From assembly GCA_977018835.1 (NCBI GenBank), contig OZ361261.1:2108001-2172000 (forward strand): 64,000 nt of DNA. Direction: 5' to 3'. Position numbers and translations under genes: made by a program. Each line of letters begins with the position of its first letter. Positions within the stretch are counted from its first letter, which is position 1. The notes under the pieces were generated by a model, which was given only the letters and a program-made list of their open reading frames with translations, was not told the DNA's origin and searched no databases. The DNA is from Minutocellus sp. GHC0000111. Its lineage: Eukaryota. Positions 27,210 to 37,327 of the stretch are shown here, in pieces.

Positions 27210-28575
27210 CTACTCCTGTTTCTTTGCCGCTTCTCCCGTTTCGCCCTTTTTGCTTTCCGAAGAATCCGGTGCTGGTTTTAGAGCAGGAGCAGCAGTTGCA
27301 GCCGGAGCAAGCGCAGGAGTAGGAGCTGGAGCAGCAGGCCGTGCCGGTGCAGATGGTGGAACAGGAGCCGATGCCGATGCCGATGCAGGAGCCGGCGGTA
27401 TCGCAGCAACGGTCGGGCCGGGCAGAGGAGGCATCGACGACAAGTGCAGGCCAGGCGGTGCCGATGCAGACGGCGGAACAGGAGCCGATGCCGATGCCGA
27501 TGCAAGAGCCGGCGGTATAGCAGCCACGGTCGGGCCGGGCAGAGGACGCATCGACGGCAGGTACACGCTAGGCGGTGCCGGTGCCGATGCCGGTGCCGGT
27601 GCAGACGCCGCCGATGCCACCACCGACTGTCTCGCTAAATCATGGCGAAACATGGCCATGCTTGCCAGCATGTTCGCCGCGGCTGCCCGCGCCGCTGCCT
27701 CGGCCGCCGCGATGGTGGCCGTGGGATCCTCCTCCGAGGAGGCGCTCGACAGCTTCCGCTTCTTGTTGTTGCTGCTGCCGCAATCAGCCGCACTGCCACT
27801 GTCTTCCATCTCTACGCCGTAGCTCCCCTTGACAATGACACCGGTCCGGGGACGCTCCGGTTTGGCCGGTATGTCGTTCACACCAATCCCGCAGAAGTCG
27901 TACGCTGCCTTCTTGCTCATGAAGCGCTGCTTCTTGTAGGGGCTGTAGATGGTGTAGGTGCCATTCTTGGAGAAGCGCGCCGTCCATCCGTCCGGCAGAC
28001 CAATTTCCTTGGCCAGCTTCAGTTCCACCGGATCGGGCTTCCAAGCGGCAGCGGCGGCCGCGTCGCGCACGTCCTTGTCGTGCTGCTTCTGCGACGCCAC
28101 GGACGACATTCGGTCCAGCCGGTTCTGATGCCGCTTGGCCGAGGCCGCGCGCTTCTTGTCCACCTTCTTCTGCCGCTCCCGCCTCGACCACTCGGCCTGC
28201 GATTCGCTTGGCATAGTTCTGCGCCTGCTTGGCCCACGTGGTGCCCGGGAAGTACCCGCCATCCCGACGGATGTTGCCCGTGAGCTCCTCGAGGAGATGG
28301 CGGCGCTGGATCTGCAGGCGCTGGACGTCGGCGGTCGAACGGACGACCTCAGCCGTCAGACGCCGGTGCACCTCGCGGTAGGCTGCCAGCTCCTCTTCGA
28401 GAGAATTGAATTTGGGTTCCTCGGGAGTATTTGCACTACGTGTAGTAGTAGCATCAGATGAAGCAGCTGGAGCCGGAGCAGCAGAAGCCGCTGATGCCGT
28501 CGGATTATTTGCCGCCGTCGCAGGTGCTGGAGCACCAGACGGCGTCGGTACCGCCGCAGGCTGTGCCACTGGCAT
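27210..28575 (-). pseudogene. Coiled-coil plus MBD-like domain protein with Ala/Pro-rich tail; apparent frameshift near 28205
   Basis: GLPDGWTARFSKNGTYTIYSPYKKQRFMSKKAA resembles an MBD fold. The coiled-coil N-terminus is in ORF 27784..28575 and the MBD-like part is in ORF 27210..28262. Confidence 0.55.
27345..27585. repeat. Two ~120-bp imperfect tandem coding repeats (40 aa: SM.PLPGPTVAAIPPA.ASASASAPVPPSA)
   Basis: The string acaggagccgatgccgatgccgatgca recurs with ~120-bp period (~27361 and ~27478). Confidence 0.8.
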
Positions 28576-29018
28576 GGTTGCGCGTGTTTGTTAAAAGCAA
28601 GACGAATATCGGTCTTCAGCAGCCGTACTAGATAGAAGACTGATACTCGCTCAGCAACTCAACAAGTCACTCAAAAGCAGAATAATAATGAGTGCATATC
28701 TATCTCACTCGCTCGGCTCGCTCAATCTCAGGCAGAGGGAAGCGAAAAGTGGAAGGCGACGGACGGACGACGCCACGTGGAGTCGAACGAGTCAGATGAA
28801 CTTGTGCTGACCAGCTGTGACCCGGGGCCGGGGCATGTCATGTGCCACCGTGAATCTCATTCACACTCTGTGAGTGCGACTCTTGAAGTCGGATCTTTTG
28901 TGCGGCGCTTGGCGTTCACAGTTTCATATCTTCATACTTATGCACATCTTTCCCGTACAAGTAAATCCTTACTTTCTACTTTTACTTTTGGAGCTACCCA
29001 ACCTCATTCGACGCCTTC

Positions 29019-31132
29019 ATGATTCTCTCCAAGCCCTTTGCTATCGCCTGCTCCCTCGCCGCCCTCCTCAAGGTGTCGGCGGCCGAGGAATCCATCACCC
29101 TGAGCGCCGGCTTCATGGAGGCCACCAACTTTGCCGAGCGTGGCGAGGATGGGACGACGTGGAGCGGCTTCCTCTTCGACCTGGCCGACGTCCTTGTGGA
29201 CAAGGCCGCCGCCGACGGCGTGACGCTGGAGATCGCCATCGATACCGTCAACGGCGTCCTCAGTGACAGCTTCTCCTACAACGAGGCCCTCGCATCTCTC
29301 GACCCCGACTGCGCTGGGGAATTGTGCTATGACATGATTCTGGCCGATTGTAAGTATTGTAAAGTGATGATTAGCATCGTCCTCACTGGTTTTGTGTCCG
29401 GCAATCGATACATGTACACGAGCCCGTAATTATTTCTCATCATTTCGCTCCTTTTGGTATCGTGGTGTCATTGCTATATGCTATGTGCATTTATCACAGA
29501 CTATCACACTGCCGAAAGATCTCAGATTGTAACCTTCCCCCAGCCGTACAGCACCGCGTACATTACGACGTTCAAGATGACGGATACAGGGGCATACAGC
29601 TCCATCGAGGAAGCCAACGCGGGAGGCGGTAGCGTGTGCATCAGAGCCGGAACGGCCACCATCGACTCGCTCACTCCCATCACCAACACTGTCATCGCAT
29701 GTGCCGACAACGCTGACTGTGTCGCCAAGCTCAAGGCCGGAGAATGCGACCTTTGGGCGACGGACAATCAGAACGGAGGAGGAGCTATCGGGGATGAGCC
29801 TGACATCTCCACCACGGGCGAGGTCCTTCTCGACATCTTTTGGTTGACCAATGCCTTGAAGAGGTGAGTAAGAATCCACTTTCTATTCTCGCCTTTCTCT
29901 CCGCATGGTCGCGTCTCATAATACTCGCCCACGATAGTTTCGTTTTCCCTAACGTTTGCTGTCAAATATTTCCTGTATCTGTACCCACCACAACATGATA
30001 ACATGATGTAGCTCCCTCGAGCCTAAGGTTCTCCAGTGGATGAACAAGTGGCACTACGACGCCAAGGTCTCTGGAGACATCAGCTCCCTCGAACAGAAGT
30101 GGTTCGGATTTACGAACGATTTCTCAGCTGCCTATCCAGAGACAATGTCTGTGTCAGCGGGGATCATTGAATTTCCCCCCTTCGCCGAAGTTGGGGAAGA
30201 CGGATCTCTTGCCGGATACTTGGCTGACATCGCCGAGGCCATAAAGGCACAGGCCGAAACCGATGGAACGACTCTGACCATTGATATCGATACGGCCAAT
30301 CCTTTGAATGACTACACATACAATGGTGGTGCGTGTGCACTGTGCAGCACAAAACATAATACTGCGGATATCTTATTACACATGATACAGCTCAAAAATT
30401 GAATCTCATGTTTTTTACCTGACCTCTACTTCTCGTTCGTTCACAACACGTTGCATTATACACACAGCTCTCGAGACGGTCTCGCCCAATTGTGCTGGAG
30501 AATCCTGTTACGACATGATCCTTGCCGATTATTACCACACGGCCGAAAGATCTGTCATCGCGACATTCACTCCTTCTTTCTTGTCAACCTACCTTTCCAG
30601 CTTCAAGGCGCCAGATGGCATGTACAATTCGTTCGCTGAGGCCAATGCCGCCGGTGGATCTACTTGTCTCTGGGTAGGCACTGCTACCTACGACACTGTC
30701 GGTGCTGATGCTGCTACCATCGTCGATTGCTCCGACATGACCGACTGCCTCACTAAACTTGAGGCCGGCGAATGCGACCTCTTCGTCGAAGACATTCGTA
30801 ACACCAAGCTTGCCACCCAGGACACGAGCATCGTCTGCACCGAGGAAATAATTGGAGACACTTTCTTCTTTGCCAACCCTATGGCCTCCAACCTCGAGCC
30901 TAACATGATGGTCCTTCTCAGCAAGTGGTACCTCGACGCTGGCGCCGCCGGCAAGTTCGACGAGCTCGAAGCCACGTACTTTGGAGGCGATGGTGGAACC
31001 GAAGGTGGAGATGAAGAGGGTGAGGGCGACGGTGATGGTGGTGACGAGGGCGAGGGCGGGACGTCGAGTGCTAGCCGCTCTGGAATTATCGTTTCTGCTG
31101 CCGTCGTTGTCGTTGCCACCCTTCTAATCTAA
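29019..31132 (+). CDS. Secreted, probably GPI-anchored protein with two tandem periplasmic-binding-protein type 2 (amino-acid SBP / iGluR ligand-binding-like) domains; introns 29350-29499, 29864-30011, 30329-30467
   Basis: Signal peptide. Duplicated CYDMILADYYHTAERS..F..P..S and C..KL.AGECDL. EFPPFAEV; LEQKWFG / LEATYFG. G/E linker then a hydrophobic C-terminus. Confidence 0.75.
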
Positions 31133-31357
31133 GGAAGCAACTAAGCCACGAGCACCGTTTCCTGTTGCTGCTTGCCACTATATAATGACGACTAATACCT
31201 GACCTACTAGAATAGTATGCAATTAATTGCGCTGTGTGTAATACAATGGATGTTACAAACTTGTCAAAGCTCATCAACCGCACCAATGGAAGCAGTCCAA
31301 AACAACAATAATGACAATGATAATAACGTGAGCCCCAAAGAGGCGTGGAAATCAAAT

Positions 31358-32416
31358 CTACCACCACGGAAGACCACTCGCAAGCCAATCGACACAGAAT
31401 CTTTCCAAAAGGGTGAGGGCGATGGTAAATCCACTGAACAGCAGCATCAGATTGGCGACGGTATGTAGAGCATTGCCTTGGCTCCGGTAGGGATTCTTGA
31501 AGGCGGTCTGCTGAGTCTGATACATGTACTGGGGAAGGACATGCTGCTGCCGATCGTTATGACCAGAGCTCATGGAAATGTTACCTTCGTACAAAGTATT
31601 TTCGTGCCGATGATTGCGCTGTACAAAATGTTGATTTTGTTGCGACACCACACCACTTTCGCTCTCCAAATGCTGCTGCAGTCGCTCCTCATGCGATGAT
31701 TCCGCCCGGTCAGCCCGTCCCCATCCGCGACGATGGTGCCAGTGATTGGCACTTCCAGGAGCTGGTACATGTCCCGTGAAACGTCGGCTATCGTGGCATA
31801 CGGGGTCCATCTGACTCTCCATGTGATCTATCGAGTCCAGGATGCTCCCCACAACATCGTTGTTGTTGTTGGTATTGGCATTATTGCTGATGGCACAGGT
31901 CGAAAATGATGTGTCATTGTCGATGCTGGAAGTGCTGCCGTAGAATCGACTATCGCCAACGTGCTCCTGACCGTCTATGCCATCGCCAGGATATGAATAG
32001 TCGGAATGACGGCGCCTCTCCACCGTCCTACTCGGCCTGTAATTCCTCTGAGTACCGGTCCTGGCTCTGCTTGCCGGTCTTTTGCTACTTTGGTTGGATG
32101 GAGTGCCAGCGGACGCAGAAGCCGCCCGTCCTCCAGACATGCCAAAGCCAGAGTTTACAGTCGACGGTGAAGCGACGGAGAGGCCGCTTCGCCTATAACC
32201 ACTGCGGCGTTGCATCGTCGAGCTCATTCTCTTGGGGTTAGAGGTTGGAGAGAGGTCTCTAATTATGGTGCATGCCGTATTGCTGAATGACCGGCGAGCC
32301 GGCGAGTGACCTTGAGTCAAGGGACGGAGGGTAAATTCTTCAGTTCCGGGAACTACCCCTTTTTTCACAAAAACTGCCATATCTCGGGAACCACATGGAA
32401 TTTTGAGGCCATCCAA
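31358..32416 (-). CDS. Hypothetical low-complexity (S/R/N/Q/H-rich) protein, copy 1
   Basis: 352-aa ORF with no recognised domain; start uncertain. Confidence 0.4.
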   Translation of the reverse strand: MDGLKIPCGSRDMAVFVKKGVVPGTEEFTLRPLTQGHSPARRSFSNTACTIIRDLSPTSNPKRMSSTMQRRSGYRRSGLSVASPSTVNSGFGMSGGRAASASAGTPSNQSSKRPASRARTGTQRNYRPSRTVERRRHSDYSYPGDGIDGQEHVGDSRFYGSTSSIDNDTSFSTCAISNNANTNNNNDVVGSILDSIDHMESQMDPVCHDSRRFTGHVPAPGSANHWHHRRGWGRADRAESSHEERLQQHLESESGVVSQQNQHFVQRNHRHENTLYEGNISMSSGHNDRQQHVLPQYMYQTQQTAFKNPYRSQGNALHTVANLMLLFSGFTIALTLLERFCVDWLASGLPWW

Positions 32417-33057
32417 GAATCGAAATCCTCGGCAATGTTATCTGCTTTGTAGTCGACTGGTAGGCTAATAGCTTAAATAATTCGATTGGGTCTAAATATA
32501 GAATCTGCGCTTCAAAACGACGTGACGGGACAGGCTGGAAAATTCACATGAATTTCTTCCGAATGACACCCACAACGAAATAAGCTATCTGCGACATGTC
32601 TCCATCCACTCTCCACGACCCCTCGGGGACGGGCAATGCCTCAGCTCTGGCTGTTGTACTGTCTGGCGTCCCCCGGAACCGGTTTCGACCCCAAATTTGG
32701 CCTCCCCGAAGCAGCTGCTCAGGAATGGCTGACGAAAAGTAGATCGTAGACAAATAAGCTATCTATCCGACCTCAATACCTTCTCTTTAGATGTTATTTG
32801 GATAGGCATGACCCTTGGTCCGAGGTTCCGATTCGGTCTTGGTGGTGAGATATTGAATCCCCTCTTGGCCAAAAATGGGCCAAAACGCTAACAAACCACG
32901 CGTTGAGAAAATGTGGGGGGAGCCCCCGAAAAAAATTGACGCGTGGGTTGTTAGCGTTTTGCTCATGTGTTCCGGCGGTTCCGGTGTCGTCCATGGGTGG
33001 AATTGGACTGGACCAAGGGATGGAATAGCTCACTCTACCTGTACTGGTAGGTGTGTG

Positions 33058-33423
33058 ATGGTTGGTACACGGCGAAGCGCCTCGGGTGCGTCCTCCGCAG
33101 CATCCAGCACAACTACACCTCCGGAGGCCGACCCGCCAGCCGCCAGAGCCACCCAAAATGCTCCGGCGTCGTCGATGGACATTGTGGAGGCGTCTGAGAG
33201 CCCTCCCGCCGCTCCGCCCGCGCCGGGGAGGAGACCAACGAAGAATATAACAGCTGAGCAGAAGAAGGAGTTCCAGGAATGCTTTGCGAAAATGAAATGC
33301 AACTCAAACGATCGCATGCCGCTCCGAAACGTCGACCGCGGACTGGACACTGTTATTGACCGGCATGGTCTGACTCGCACCCAAGCAAGCAGACAATTTG
33401 CCAATTACAAACGCAGCCTCTAG
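33058..33423 (+). CDS. Small protein with homeodomain/HTH-like C-terminus, copy 1 (copy 2 at 42673-43038)
   Basis: ITAEQKKEFQECF...HGLTRTQASRQFANYKR resembles homeodomain helices 1 and 3. The frame stays open to 33768 after the TAG. Confidence 0.4.
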   Translation: MVGTRRSASGASSAASSTTTPPEADPPAARATQNAPASSMDIVEASESPPAAPPAPGRRPTKNITAEQKKEFQECFAKMKCNSNDRMPLRNVDRGLDTVIDRHGLTRTQASRQFANYKRSL

Positions 33424-34147
33424 GTAGTCAAGAAGCTCATGCGTAAATACAAGAAGTCGGAACTGAAGAACATCTTCATCACATTCTTTGACGACGACGA
33501 AATGCGCGAATTCGTCGACGTCGTCACGTGCGACGACAAAGAGGGAAACGCCGACGTGTACAGTGATTTTTTCAGCAAAGAAGAGCTCAAGCTTGCTGAC
33601 ATGTTTCGTCGAAAGCAATCGGATCTAGCTGATGCCTTTCAATCTCTGGCTGCACTGACCGATTCTGGCTTTGCTCACATTCTCTTGGACATGACAGAAT
33701 TTTATGCCGAGACGGCCGCCGATGTGCGGCCCCTGCCGCCACCGCCGCTGCTCATCGCGCGTCCCTAGGCCACCACCGAGGCAATATCGGGGCTCCTCGC
33801 GGTCCGCCGCCGCCTACACCGCCGCCAATAGACCACGAACCGCGGCTGAGGCCACCCGCCGGAAGGTGAGAGAAGAGATCGGTAAGAGTGTTTGGGGCGC
33901 AGATTTTGAATTGTTAAAATGACGTCATTAGAGTATTCTTTTAGCCTGTCCCGTCAGGTCGAATCTCCGGGTCGTTGAAAATTCACCCTCCTCCCTTGCT
34001 TGAGTGGCTTGAGTGTCCAAAACTACGTACGTACAGAGCCCCTTGCATACGTACGTACAGCATTCTAAAAAACGTACGTACGACGCACAAATGAATTTTG
34101 GCGGTTCTGGTGTTTGAAAAGGAGTTCGTCGCCTATCCAGTATTGAT

Positions 34148-35839
34148 TCATTTCTTCTTACTTTTGGCAATCGCACCGCTGATCACCACAGCGCCATCGC
34201 GATACATTGGGATGCCCATAAGTGGATCCTGGACGGCATCCGAAGTACAGCGTTCGTCAATTGCAACCAATGTAACTTCGTTCTTGTTGTTGAAAAAGTG
34301 TTTCGTCTCGCAAGCATAGCCATGGCCCTTGGCAGTTTCTCTAGCCTTTGAGAGTTCATTCCAAGGCACCTCCTTCCCTTGCAACTTGCATGTAATAACA
34401 ACTCTTGAAACCCACCGCTTTCCACACCAATCGTCCAATAACTCGACGACTCGTTCCGGATAAGCAATGATATCAGAAACCATCCACGAATTGTCTGGAG
34501 CTGAATCCAGCGACGTTGAGTAGTCGTCTACCCACGGAGGGAAGAATCTGAAGGCATCTCCTTCCACAAATTCCACTAGGGGGTCATTCATTAACGCATC
34601 ATCGAGCGGCGATCGATCCACAGAAAGCACTCTACATCCCATCAGACGAAGGGCACCAGTCCAACCACCAGGACAGGCACCTAGATCAACCACGGGCGGT
34701 ACGCCAGGACCATCGACCGGTGGTCTGTCGCCCATATACCAGAACGATTCGAGAAGCTTGCGATAAGCCGAGCTGGGCATCGCCTGCTCAATGTCAACCT
34801 TCGCAAGGCCGGCCGGTAGTGACCAGTTCGGCCATGACCACGAGCACGGTAGAGATTCGGCGCTGGTGGTGCACCGAGTCAGGCTGGCGGCAGCCACCTA
34901 GGGCGCCAATAGCATAATTTGCAATAGCCACTTTTGCCGCTCGAGCTGCTGCTCGTCATTTCCCTCCTCTTGCCGAGTTGGTCGAGCAGCAGGGCAAATT
35001 TTCTTCATCTGCGCCGCAACTTCCTCGGCAACCTTGCTCGATCGTCTCATCATTTGTGGTTCGGGAACGCCTCTTCCCATCTGTGGCACAAGGGCATGGA
35101 CCGATAGACTACCCCGAGGCGCAGCCCATAATTGGGTCTGGAGGGTCGCCGCACGTTCGTCATTTTTGTCCAATAATGCATCCATAATAGTCGTGGCCAG
35201 TCCCTTGATACTCTCGGCCTTGACAACGACGCAATCTGGAAGATATTGCAGCGCATAGGTTGGATTGAAATCATCTGGCAACAGCTGGGTGATATCACCA
35301 GCTGGATCATTCAGACAAACAACGCCAGGATGGGGACTGGTCATTGTGAGTTTCCCGACTGTATCCTCGCCACCAAGAGTATGGCCAGCCACTTGCCTCC
35401 TGATTTCTTCCATGAGTGTATCTTCGTACGTATGACGTGCCGTGAAGTAGCTGGGCCGAGGACTGGTAGCCGAGGTCAGAGATGGCAGTGGGGCGTTTCT
35501 GCTTTGTCCCGACCAATCGACTCCGTCAGAACGCCCTCGCTTGTTATTTCCACCGCGACCGCCGCCACGACCACCTCGTCCGCCTCGACCTCGACCACCC
35601 CCTCGACCAGATCTCCCACCACTACCTCTTCCACCGCCTTGTTTATTGTAGCCCTTGTATCGTTCTCGTCCGACAGGTCCTGACGAAAAGAGGGCATACA
35701 GGCCGAGCAGGGAAGAAGGGGCAACCATGTGTGATCGAGGAGATGACGAGGAATGTAGCGGAGCACAGCGGAGACAACGGGCTGCCGCTGATTGCATCTC
35801 TCTCGTGGCGGGGGCGATGGCGGTTGGTCGGAATGTCAT
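34148..35839 (-). pseudogene. RlmM-like (FtsJ/RrmJ-fold) RNA 2'-O-methyltransferase, copy 1, with premature TAG at 34898-34900
   Basis: Matches the intact copy except GAG>TAG (A at 34900 versus C at 44515). Confidence 0.85.
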
Positions 35840-36104
35840 TCAAGGGAGCACAAAGTGTTCTGGCCGTCGCTCCACTCTCCGTGTGGTCGCTCGTCAGTGA
35901 GCTACGAGGTCCGGGACAGCAATTTCGGGGACCCGGTTTTTTGGGTCTTTGGACTTTCCGACACGGCGGTTTGCGCGCACCTTGAAAAACACGCGGCAAA
36001 GCAAGCAAATCAAAACACATCCGTCAACAACCGACCTCCAAGCAATTACCACAAATAGACTGGGCAACTTCTGCCGACTGGCGCTTCAAGAAGCTTCCAT
36101 ACTC

Positions 36105-37232
36105 ATGGATACTCCAAAGGGACACATCTTCAGTCCACCGCGTCCACCGAAACGCGCCGAGGCGACTGCATTCAGCCCCTCGCGCCATGAGAAGGAAACT
36201 TCCAACGAAACGCCGGAACATCCGCGGTATCGAGAGAACAAGGACAACGATGACGAGGAGGACAACCAAGGGGTCCCACCGGCATCGTCAGACCTCACAT
36301 CTCCTCGTGTGTTGAAATATCGACGCGAGTACAACGAAGAGGATGGCTTCGCCGCCGAACAAGCCCAAGCAAGGAAGTACTTGCATCATGACATATTGCG
36401 TGCCGACTTTCGCGGTACCGCTACCGTTTCATCTCATTCTGATGAAGATGATTCATTCTCAGAGATGAGCATAGCAACCGCCGACGCAAAGCCAAGCGGC
36501 GAGAGGAGAAAGCCCGTGAGCTCATTCGACCTTCCCTCCGCCACGCCCATGGTAACAAGTCCAATGTCAGTTCATACTCAGTATGCTCTTACCCCAAGCC
36601 GCTCATGCCCGTCGTTCAGCAACCTTCAATTGTCATCCCCTACCATCTTGGAGCCCTTGCCTCCAACCGAACGACAGATTGAACGAGAGGTTGAGGAACA
36701 TCGGAGGCTTGCGTGCTATTTGACGTACGGAGAAGCACCACTACCACAAGATATAAAGAACTACAAGTCACCCACATGTAGTCAGAGGCCCGAACCAAGA
36801 AGAAAAGAGAAAGGGGTCTACCTCCCCTTCAAACAAGTTCCTGGTTGGGGTAGCGAGGTCGCGGTCACCACAGTGCTAGGCATGATCGAAGTCGATTGCC
36901 AAGTAAGAGAGGGTCGTGGTGCCTACCCGAAAGGGTGGAGAAGCAGAGAACTCGGATTGTATGATAACAAGACAATAGAATTCTCTATTGCATTATCTAC
37001 TGACAAGATTGCATTAGATGCATATAAGTTGGGATATGAGGATGGGAGTAAACAACCAACTGCTCACCCTGCCCTCACTGAAAATAAACTTGCCGATGCA
37101 TATGGTGTGAAGCGCGGAAAGATTCGTCAGTCCCTCCACGCTGTGTGGCTTTCTAATGATCATAAGAAGGCCAAGGAGGCAAAAAAGAATACCGGTAGAA
37201 ATAGAAGAACAAAGAAGCCCACCGTGACATAA
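36105..37232 (+). CDS. Transposon ORF2: S/P-rich protein with C-terminal HTH-like motif and basic tail (copy 1)
   Basis: Intact 375-aa ORF inside the TIRs. LTENKLADAYGVKRGKIRQSL is followed by KKAKEAKK..RNRRTKK. Confidence 0.65.
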   Translation: MDTPKGHIFSPPRPPKRAEATAFSPSRHEKETSNETPEHPRYRENKDNDDEEDNQGVPPASSDLTSPRVLKYRREYNEEDGFAAEQAQARKYLHHDILRADFRGTATVSSHSDEDDSFSEMSIATADAKPSGERRKPVSSFDLPSATPMVTSPMSVHTQYALTPSRSCPSFSNLQLSSPTILEPLPPTERQIEREVEEHRRLACYLTYGEAPLPQDIKNYKSPTCSQRPEPRRKEKGVYLPFKQVPGWGSEVAVTTVLGMIEVDCQVREGRGAYPKGWRSRELGLYDNKTIEFSIALSTDKIALDAYKLGYEDGSKQPTAHPALTENKLADAYGVKRGKIRQSLHAVWLSNDHKKAKEAKKNTGRNRRTKKPTVT

Positions 37233-37327
37233 ACAAACCAATGCTGCTGCATCTTACATGTAGATCTATAAATAATTTGTAGACGTGTAACATTTATTTA
37301 ATACATGTGTAAAGACATTAACACTAT

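Noticed and set aside
20682..34900. Stop-codon reassignment of TAG (in-frame TAGs at 20682, 33421, 34898)
   Set aside because: TAG terminates normal genes here (CSN2, the oxygenase, the MFS transporter), and the 34898 TAG is GAG in the sister copy.
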